From a virus (taxonomy: Duplodnaviria; Caudoviricetes): a stretch of DNA of 44,105 bases. Positions 10,101-17,474 of the stretch are shown piece by piece (the stretch's first letter is position 1; each line of letters begins with the position of its first letter). A model generated the notes under the pieces. The model ran no database searches. It was not told the DNA's origin and was given only the letters and a program-made list of their open reading frames with translations. Where the stretch lies: IMG/VR virus record IMGVR_UViG_3300020044_011666, positions 1 to 44,105 of that record, one strand, 5' to 3'. The position numbers and the translations under genes were made by a program.

Positions 10101-10928
10101 TTAATCCTTAAGAAGAAATTCAACTTTAGGGCCAAAAGCCTTATAGTTGATAAGTGAAACATCAGAAGGTAAAAAGTCTACTAGTTTTTTACCTGGTTCA
10201 GCAGTGTAGCGCCACTTAGTTATAGGTATTCCATCATAATAAGAAGCATCGGAATACAGCTGTGCAAGTTGCGCTGCTTTTTCTTTATGCTCTTCGTAGA
10301 TGTGAGTATCTGCAAAGTGCATAGTGCACTCACCTGCTATTAAACCTGTTTCATTAGCTAAAGCGATTAACCACAGTGCTGCTAATATTGCATCAGCAGG
10401 AATACCTATCATTGTGTCAGCAGACCGCTGTATCCATACCATATGTAGAGTATTCCCGCGAACAATAAACTGATAAGCATAATGACAGCAAGGTAAACTA
10501 AGGTTATTATTAATAACGTTAGCAGGATTCCAACCAGATACAATAAGTCTGCGACTTTGCGGGTTAGTTTTAATTTCATTAGCTACCCACTCCAGTTGAT
10601 TCACGCCGTTGAAGTCTAACCAAGCATTACCGTAGTCTACTTTAATAGACAAGTCTTTTTCTGCCCATTTTTGCCAATAACCGCAGCCAAACTTAACAAA
10701 GTCCTCTAAAGCTTTAGGACCTCTTACTATAGCTGCAAACTCTCCAAACACTCCGCGGTAAAAGTATTCACGAGCTTGTAAAATAGGAAACTCTTTACGT
10801 AAATCAAAGTTAAGAGTTTGACCAATTAAGCTGACAGTGTTGCCATTACGTCCTTTAACTTGTTCTCCTGTTGCTAGTATGCTTAAAACAAGAGAAAAGT
10901 ACATGTGTTCAAAATTAGTGTGGGTCAT
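10101..10928 (-). CDS. Thymidylate synthase (ThyA) family protein, possibly dCMP-specific
   Basis: NPQSRR, LPCCH catalytic Cys, QRSAD..IG.PAD, DTHIY; Asp at the E. coli Asn177-equivalent position. Confidence 0.9.
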   Translation of the reverse strand: MTHTNFEHMYFSLVLSILATGEQVKGRNGNTVSLIGQTLNFDLRKEFPILQAREYFYRGVFGEFAAIVRGPKALEDFVKFGCGYWQKWAEKDLSIKVDYGNAWLDFNGVNQLEWVANEIKTNPQSRRLIVSGWNPANVINNNLSLPCCHYAYQFIVRGNTLHMVWIQRSADTMIGIPADAILAALWLIALANETGLIAGECTMHFADTHIYEEHKEKAAQLAQLYSDASYYDGIPITKWRYTAEPGKKLVDFLPSDVSLINYKAFGPKVEFLLKD

Positions 10929-11233
10929 TTCACTACTCCTAAATAATCTAAAGTAGGTAAATTGTCTACAGCTTCTTGCTCTGTAGAACCACTACCGTAT
11001 GTTTGTGTTTGTTCTATAGGAATAGCAGAATACCTAGCCATCCAATTGTTGTCATCGACTTTTACAGTCTCTACTTTATTCCAAGCAGTGTCTGTGTTAT
11101 CTAAACATTCAGGGTGACCTTCATGCGTACAATGACTGCAAGGAGGTGACATGTTGCAAGAGCAACCTCGGTCTTCGTAAGTGCTTTCAAACTCTTCTTT
11201 CCAACCTTCTGCTTCAAGAGTTAGCTTCTTCAT
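10925..11233 (-). CDS. Hypothetical Cys-motif protein
   Basis: GCSCNMSPPCSHC motif; likely start MKKL at 11233. Confidence 0.6.
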   Translation of the reverse strand: MKKLTLEAEGWKEEFESTYEDRGCSCNMSPPCSHCTHEGHPECLDNTDTAWNKVETVKVDDNNWMARYSAIPIEQTQTYGSGSTEQEAVDNLPTLDYLGVVK

Positions 11234-12929
11234 AAAATGCCATTCCATCAAGTTTATAGTCGTAGATATTAGGAATATCGTCGTTCTCAATATCTGCCCA
11301 ATTTTTACCTACTGCAACTTCTACCGGCATAGGTAAATCTTTTACTTTAAAACACTTTGACATTTCAAACCAAGCTAATTGCATGCACTTAGCTAAGTCT
11401 TTAGACACCGGAACATAAATATCAGCATTGTCATCGCATTCTAAAATATAAGAATCGTGCACAAAGTTGCAGATTAATACATTTTGCTCTTTGTATTTAG
11501 GGTAGTAGTCGCGCACAAAGTAGTGCATAGCTAATTTAGCTACTTCTGCACCTGCGCCTTGGTTTTCAATATTCAAAAAATCAGTGAGAAGTACCGCTAA
11601 ATACTCACGACCTAGTGGAGTAGAGTGAACCGCACCGCGTTTATACTTACTTATACCTGCTTGTTGCCATTGGTAAATTTCACGCCACAAATTGCGCCAT
11701 TTAGTTCTAGCTTTAATAGCATCGCTTTCAAGCATTGCAATATCCATTGTTTTTAACATTACAGTCAAAAACATATCAATACCACCGCCGTATACAAGCA
11801 AAAAGTTACAGCCTTTAGCTACTTGTCTATTCCATTTAGCTTTTGCTTTGTCTTCAGTCGGCCCAAACAACATTAAACTTGTATAAGCATGTAAGTCTTC
11901 GTCATCTCTGAATAACTTAAGCATTCTTACACAATGGGTTATTGCACAAATTGTGCGAAGTTCTAACTGCGCATAATCTGCATAAATCAAGACACGACCT
12001 TCAGGAGCTTCAAATACGCATTTTAATGCCCGTGGCAACTGCTGCAAATTTTGATCATCCGAAGTAAGGCGACCCGAGCGCGCAGACGGCTTAAACTTAC
12101 CGTAAATGCGTTCGCCTTGGAACTTGTCCATAAAGCTAAGTTGTTTTCTTAACTTGCGAACAAGTCTAACTCTAGCAGCGCGCTCATCACCTTCTTGTGC
12201 CATTCTAGCTAATGCAATGTCGTCAGACTCAGTAGAACCTAAATATTTGCGAACTTGCTGCCAAGAATTTACATTGATAGGTACTGCAGCTTTTTCAATT
12301 AACTCAAGATTTTCAGAGTACTTTGCATTAAGACGCTCTTGGGAAATAGGCATGCCATGCCATTGAAACAGCAAGCAGTTTTTCAATGCTGCAATATCCA
12401 GTTTATAACTAGGGGTGTTTTCAACATGCTTCACTTTAGCTAGTATATCAGGCATGAACCAAACATCCATTGCAGCATAGAGCAATTGATCATTGGTTAG
12501 TATTGGAGCAGCCCAATTTGACTTCTGTAAAGCGCTTTTGTCTAAACCTGCTTCATTATATGGGTCATGGCCAATACATGCCGCAACAACATCATCATAA
12601 GAATACGAATCAAGCCTAGGTAAAGCTAAACGAGACAATAAAAATGTATCTTCTATGTTGTCAGGAATCCAAGACTGCACACCATTAGCTTGACAAGTCG
12701 TAATTTCATAGTGCGCGTTGTGTGCAGCAAATGGCTTAGCTAAAAGTATTTGAAGTTGAAAGACTTCAGGCCAACGAACTAATAAAACTTCTGGCCATGA
12801 AGCTTGGTAAAATTGTGCCAGGCTTACTTCGCCGTACAAGCCAACCGTCTCAAAGTCTACGCAAAGTAAACGGTCGTCAAGTACAGCTGCAGCCACGTCT
12901 TGCAACGTGGCAAAGCGGTAGGGTACCAT
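11214..12929 (-). CDS. polA: Family A DNA polymerase with 3'-5' exonuclease domain
   Basis: DFET, HNAHYE, YAAMD exonuclease motifs; SGRL..NLQQLP; DYAQLELR; RQVAKGCNF..YG; VHDS. Confidence 0.95.
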   Translation of the reverse strand: MVPYRFATLQDVAAAVLDDRLLCVDFETVGLYGEVSLAQFYQASWPEVLLVRWPEVFQLQILLAKPFAAHNAHYEITTCQANGVQSWIPDNIEDTFLLSRLALPRLDSYSYDDVVAACIGHDPYNEAGLDKSALQKSNWAAPILTNDQLLYAAMDVWFMPDILAKVKHVENTPSYKLDIAALKNCLLFQWHGMPISQERLNAKYSENLELIEKAAVPINVNSWQQVRKYLGSTESDDIALARMAQEGDERAARVRLVRKLRKQLSFMDKFQGERIYGKFKPSARSGRLTSDDQNLQQLPRALKCVFEAPEGRVLIYADYAQLELRTICAITHCVRMLKLFRDDEDLHAYTSLMLFGPTEDKAKAKWNRQVAKGCNFLLVYGGGIDMFLTVMLKTMDIAMLESDAIKARTKWRNLWREIYQWQQAGISKYKRGAVHSTPLGREYLAVLLTDFLNIENQGAGAEVAKLAMHYFVRDYYPKYKEQNVLICNFVHDSYILECDDNADIYVPVSKDLAKCMQLAWFEMSKCFKVKDLPMPVEVAVGKNWADIENDDIPNIYDYKLDGMAFYEEANS

Positions 12930-13345
12930 TAGATGCGAGTACGTTTAATGGCTTGTTCAACTTTAGCAACGCCTTTTTTGCCTAAATTAGCTTTGACTTC
13001 AGCAAGACGTGCTTTTTCTTCTTTTTCACGCGCATCGTCAAGAAGGATTTGCTTAACTTCTGCTTCAACTGTTTTGACCGTTTCAAAAGCAGTAAAGTCC
13101 AGCTTAGCTACAAGCCACTTATATTCATAAGTGCTAATAGGAACTACGTCTACTTGTACAATACGCACAGTTTCAAACTTACCTTCAGGAGTTTGCACAA
13201 CACAGTAGTCATCTTGTGCAACATCCAAGTTAGTTTTGTACGTGTATTGCTTTTGTTGGTGTGAAGGTTGTGCTACGTTGAAAACAACTGTAACAAATTT
13301 AAAGCCTACCAAATGTTCTTTTAATAACAAGTTAACTGCTTGCAT
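12929..13345 (-). CDS. Hypothetical phage protein
   Basis: 138-aa ORF with RBS, overlapping the polymerase start; YTYKT..D..VV pattern. Confidence 0.7.
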   Translation of the reverse strand: MQAVNLLLKEHLVGFKFVTVVFNVAQPSHQQKQYTYKTNLDVAQDDYCVVQTPEGKFETVRIVQVDVVPISTYEYKWLVAKLDFTAFETVKTVEAEVKQILLDDAREKEEKARLAEVKANLGKKGVAKVEQAIKRTRI

Positions 13346-13415
13346 AGTTTCTATTTCCTGTGTTTTTAGCTGATAATGTTTTGTAGTAACTGAGGCATAC
13401 TGTTTAGTGAGCTTT

Positions 13416-13754
13416 TCATGTAACTCTACAGCTTTTCACCATATCTATTGTAATATTTGAACCAAAATCAGCAGAGTCACCTAAGTTAGTACCTCTGTGC
13501 GGATTTAAAAGTTGTCTAGCTTCTTCAAAGGTTATTGAAGGTATAAGCTCGTGTAAATAACTTGGGCACAATCCTCGGTCAATTAATTGACGTTTAATTG
13601 AACTGTGGAGTATGTTAAAAGAGCCATAGTCATGAATAGCATGCGCATAAAACCACCGACCTAAAAAAGCCATTATACTGGCTTTAGTCCTTGTACGGGC
13701 TTCAGTCATAAATTTAGAATGCGCAGTAAACAACTCAGTATTAATATGTGACAT
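13416..13754 (-). CDS. Hypothetical protein
   Basis: 112-aa ORF with GAGG RBS, in operon orientation. Confidence 0.6.
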   Translation of the reverse strand: MSHINTELFTAHSKFMTEARTRTKASIMAFLGRWFYAHAIHDYGSFNILHSSIKRQLIDRGLCPSYLHELIPSITFEEARQLLNPHRGTNLGDSADFGSNITIDMVKSCRVT

Positions 13755-13769
13755 TACTGTTTCCTCAGT

Positions 13770-13797
13770 AAAAAGGCTATGTATTTCTACATAGCCT
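13770..13797 (-). terminator. Intrinsic terminator after SSB
   Basis: Minus strand aggctatgta-gaaa-tacatagcct followed by a U-tract. Confidence 0.8.
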
Positions 13798-13806
13798 AGT
13801 CGTTAG

Positions 13807-14487
13807 TTAAAGACGTGGGCCAGCTTTAGGCTTGTCTTCAGTTTTTGCTTGTTCATAAGCATCAACATCTTCAAACTCATCACCAGTCCAAGCATCTTCA
13901 TCTTCAACAGCTTCAAAGCCTGCATCAGAAGAGTACTCAACAAATTTAACCAACTGAATTGCATCCAGATAAATGGTTACGCCTGCATCAATAGACTTTT
14001 TCTTACTGTCAGTGACTTCGTAAATATCCAAAGCACCAGACACAAAGCCTACAGAACCATTGCCAATTTTTTTATTACCAAGAGCAACTTCTTTGTTTTT
14101 GGCGTTAAAAATACGGACAATTTTGGTAGAACCATCAGGAAATGTAGTTGCTGTTTTAAAAGAAACAGTAACACGGCCGTCAGGATCGTACTTAACTTTA
14201 TCTTCTTCATCCCGAATAGGCTGACCTTCAGCATCACGCAGTGGATCGCACAGCGAATAGCCAAGAGATTTAGCTTTGCGCTTACCCATGAATTGGGGTT
14301 TGTTATCTGCCCAGAATTCGTCAATTTTGTCGATGAATTCTTGATGTGCAGGAACATTTTTTGGGTCAAGAATTAAAGAGGCAACATACTGCAGTTTGCC
14401 GCTCATGTTCTCTTTACCTTCGCCGGTAATGTTAACCCAAGCAAGCTCGCCTTTAGGAGAATTAATTTTAAGAAGTGTTTTTGACAT
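13807..14487 (-). CDS. ssb: Single-stranded DNA-binding protein (T7 gp2.5/DUF2815-like)
   Basis: PKGEL.W; IGNGS; GVTIYLDAIQLVKFVEY; acidic C-terminal tail. Confidence 0.8.
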   Translation of the reverse strand: MSKTLLKINSPKGELAWVNITGEGKENMSGKLQYVASLILDPKNVPAHQEFIDKIDEFWADNKPQFMGKRKAKSLGYSLCDPLRDAEGQPIRDEEDKVKYDPDGRVTVSFKTATTFPDGSTKIVRIFNAKNKEVALGNKKIGNGSVGFVSGALDIYEVTDSKKKSIDAGVTIYLDAIQLVKFVEYSSDAGFEAVEDEDAWTGDEFEDVDAYEQAKTEDKPKAGPRL

Positions 14488-14539
14488 TTGTTACCTCGTT
14501 ACAGTGATTACATTAGTTACATTTATAAACACTACGCCC

Positions 14540-14668
14540 TAGTTTTTCTACTAGCTGTATACATTGCTGCAGATACCGCAGAGAGATCAGGATTCATCAC
14601 CCAACACTCAGTTATACAGCGGGTACGCTCTCGGTATAATGAATTCACAGATTCATAAAACTATTATA
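14540..14668 (-). promoter_or_regulatory. Promoter (-10 TATAAT) and structured, pseudoknotted 5' leader of SSB
   Basis: TATAAT at 14663-14668 (-); crossing complementary segments 14628-14637/14573-14585 and 14613-14620/14554-14561. Confidence 0.55.
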
Positions 14669-14727
14669 CACCATTTTAATATATTTAATAAATAATAAAA
14701 CGGAATAAAAATAACAATTTTTATAAC

Positions 14728-15471
14728 TTAGTCAAGTACCGCAGTAAGCTTGTCTCTAGCAGACTCAAGTTGCGACTCTACTGGGTCTTTACTTTGCCTA
14801 ATAAATTTGCTAATTGCGTATTCTAATGACTGAATTTCTGACAAGGTAAAAGTAATACTTATAGGAGTACTAGGTAATAGAGCTGGTTGACTTACTTCTG
14901 GCTCTTCAACTTTATCCGCTCTTGCATTAGCTTGATCATCTGAGTAACTACCAGACTTATAACGGGCTTTGTCGCCTTTAAGTAGTTTATTCATGTTACC
15001 TTCAAGCACTTCTTCTCTTGTAATATCCATTGTATTACTGGTATAAAACTGATCTAATTGATGCCGACAAATGTCTGCAAGACTTAAAATTTCTTCTGTA
15101 TCAACAGACTTACCATACATAGTTAGCCTTTTTATTTTGTCTAGTAAATTACCTGTACTAATTAACAAATCGTCGCATAATGAAGAAGAGCTTTTCATTT
15201 TAACAATGCCATCAGTTGGTATAGTTCTAGGGCCTGCCTCTAAGCCTTGATAAATACCTTGTAAATAGAACTCATAATCTCCGAGTTCTTCTACTACATT
15301 AGTTCGATCATTTAACAAGCAAGCTTCTTTAAGCTCAGCAACTTCTCCAATTGCACCCAAAATCATATGAATTAAGTGCATGCTTGTAGCTTTCATTTGA
15401 GTTAAAATGAGTTCGCCTGGCTTAGCTAAGTCTTTTACCATTTGAACAAATTGCAACAATAGTTCTTTCAT
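14728..15471 (-). CDS. MazG-like nucleotide pyrophosphohydrolase
   Basis: GEVAELKE...EELGD..FY; N..KL...RY..G.YS...A..RADK. Confidence 0.8.
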   Translation of the reverse strand: MKELLLQFVQMVKDLAKPGELILTQMKATSMHLIHMILGAIGEVAELKEACLLNDRTNVVEELGDYEFYLQGIYQGLEAGPRTIPTDGIVKMKSSSSLCDDLLISTGNLLDKIKRLTMYGKSVDTEEILSLADICRHQLDQFYTSNTMDITREEVLEGNMNKLLKGDKARYKSGSYSDDQANARADKVEEPEVSQPALLPSTPISITFTLSEIQSLEYAISKFIRQSKDPVESQLESARDKLTAVLD

Positions 15472-15512
15472 CTTAATTTCCTCAGTTTGTTTAGTTTATA
15501 GGTAAATACAAT

Positions 15513-15707
15513 TTAGCTTAAAGCTTCTTCTAAAGCTTCAAACAGTTCTTCACGCATAGAAGCTTCGTGAATAGGTTCAGGTGAATCTTCATCTTCCGTT
15601 GCCACATACATATAAGGATTTTGCAATAATCCTTTTAAATACTGTGCTTCTTGTTCATTTAATTCAAGCGTAATTTTCTTTTTACACTCTACTGTAGTTC
15701 TTGCCAT
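15513..15707 (-). CDS. Hypothetical protein
   Basis: 64-aa ORF with GAGG RBS; ITLELNEQEA..L pattern. Confidence 0.65.
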   Translation of the reverse strand: MARTTVECKKKITLELNEQEAQYLKGLLQNPYMYVATEDEDSPEPIHEASMREELFEALEEALS

Positions 15708-15714
15708 ATTAACC

Positions 15715-17067
15715 TCAGTTTGTCATTACATAGTGAGTTGCGCGGCTTAATGCCACGTACATTAGTTTTAGATACAGAGTGTAATTCATATCTGCAGCTA
15801 CCCCTAAATCTTCCGAGTCAAGAAAAACACTGTGATAAGTGCTACCTTGACTTTTATGCACCGTTTTTGCATGGGCAAAATCTAAGCATATAACACTTTC
15901 ATTGAAGCTTAAAAACTTACGCCAGCAATAAGCTCTGTCCCGAGCTTTTCTACTATCCATGTTTTCTTTGACCCATTGAGCAGCTGAAATGCCTTCTGCG
16001 TCAAATATGGCTTTGTTAGCTCCGGCCGCTAAAGACTTTAGGCCTTCTAATTGCTGCTTGTATTCGTAGTGGCCAAATACAAAAGCAAAAATATACTCAT
16101 TACCATCGTCATCAGCGCACTCACAAAACTGATAGCCTTCTTGAATTAAAAATTCTAACGTTTTGTATTTTGAACCAAGTTCAATAGGCTCTCCAAAAGC
16201 TCTATCAACGCAATATACGGCCCACGATGGAACGATACGTTGAAAAGTGTATGTCTGTTTAGTTGTAGGACTAAACACAATATCACCTGGCTCAGGCTCG
16301 TCATAGCCTTGTATAGCACTGTTCAAGTATTGAACTTGTTTATTAGTATAAGCTAAAAGAATTTTGTGCTCTTTGCAAGCTTTGTATTCTTCAAGTATAT
16401 CTACGCCACGTTTAAAAAAATCACTTGTAACTAATGGTTCAGACTTAGCACCAGTAATAAAGCTAATTAATTGCGAAATAGGCTTAGCTAAAGGGTTACC
16501 TTCAATTAAGCGGTACTGTTTTGTTAGCTTTATACTAAAAGGGCCATGCGGACTAATAGCTTGAGCGTCACCAACTGGTGGTAACTGATGCGGATCACCA
16601 ATCCATACAAGCCGCAAGCCTATGGGTGTAATAGTTTCACCTTCTTCATTTTCATATTCTTCTTTATCTTGAGCCTCTCGTAAATCCATCAAGTCTTTTT
16701 CACCAACTTGAGAATACTCGTCAATAAATACAACTTGTATGTCTTCTTCTATGTCACCAAATCTGCTATTTGTAGTTACATGAGACACTTTCATTGCTTC
16801 GGTATTTACAGAAGGACGCTTTTTAATAAACTTGTGCAAAGTCTCTACACGAGCTCCTTCAGGAAGCTTAGAGCGCAAAATTTTGCAAGCATCGTGGGTA
16901 AAGGCGCAAACTACGTATTGAATGTTTTGCTCTACGCAATACTCAATAGTACCGCGCAGGTCCGTAGTTTTACCAGTACCTGCAACACCTGTCACAAACA
17001 TATCATAGGAATTGTCAGAAGCCATAAACTTCTTAAAACAGTCTAAGATTGCGTTAGTTCCGCTCAT
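15715..17067 (-). CDS. SF1B (Dda/RecD-like) helicase
   Basis: GVAGTGKT, TLH, IDEYS, GDPHQLPPV, YTNK, TVHKSQGSTY, YVALSRA. Confidence 0.9.
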   Translation of the reverse strand: MSGTNAILDCFKKFMASDNSYDMFVTGVAGTGKTTDLRGTIEYCVEQNIQYVVCAFTHDACKILRSKLPEGARVETLHKFIKKRPSVNTEAMKVSHVTTNSRFGDIEEDIQVVFIDEYSQVGEKDLMDLREAQDKEEYENEEGETITPIGLRLVWIGDPHQLPPVGDAQAISPHGPFSIKLTKQYRLIEGNPLAKPISQLISFITGAKSEPLVTSDFFKRGVDILEEYKACKEHKILLAYTNKQVQYLNSAIQGYDEPEPGDIVFSPTTKQTYTFQRIVPSWAVYCVDRAFGEPIELGSKYKTLEFLIQEGYQFCECADDDGNEYIFAFVFGHYEYKQQLEGLKSLAAGANKAIFDAEGISAAQWVKENMDSRKARDRAYCWRKFLSFNESVICLDFAHAKTVHKSQGSTYHSVFLDSEDLGVAADMNYTLYLKLMYVALSRATHYVMTN

Positions 17068-17077
17068 TTTAATAACC

Positions 17078-17474
17078 TTATTTATGACTTACGAATATAG
17101 TAGTTGTAGGACCGTAAAAAGCATGAAGCCTACTTAAACATATAGCTCGTTGCAAAGAACTGTGAACTCCTATATGAACACCAAAATTAGTAAAATGCGT
17201 AACAACCCATTTACTACCTTGTTTTAGCATAGCAAAAGTATGGTTGTCAAGTAAATTACCGCAGTGTTCCCAATCTTCTGTAGGACTAAACCAACCACTA
17301 GTGTACTCGTTGCTTTTATTAATTGTGCTGTTTAAGCCTGCACTTTTAATAAGCTCACTATTTCTTTTTAGCTTGTAATTTAGTTAAATCAAATACTTCG
17401 TAGCCTGAAGCAAGTAGCACAAGAAAATCTATTTGCGCATTAGTTAAATAGTTAATAACTGCAGGTTTACTCAT
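17078..17474 (-). pseudogene. Frameshifted phage ABA-sandwich (NinX/DUF2591-like) gene
   Basis: ATG 17474 gives MSKPAVINYLTNAQIDFLVLLASG..., stopping at 17358; the +1 frame continues ...FSPTEDWEHCG...LQRAICL to TAA 17078; span is 397 nt (3n+1). Confidence 0.6.

Noticed and set aside
14521-14660. tRNA or hammerhead ribozyme in the SSB leader
   Set aside because: No cloverleaf or T-loop consensus, and no correctly arranged CUGANGA/GAAA core
9523-15471. 2-aminoadenine (Z-genome) system suggested by MazG plus PolA
   Set aside because: No PurZ/adenylosuccinate synthetase homolog or HD-family DatZ is visible in the complete genome
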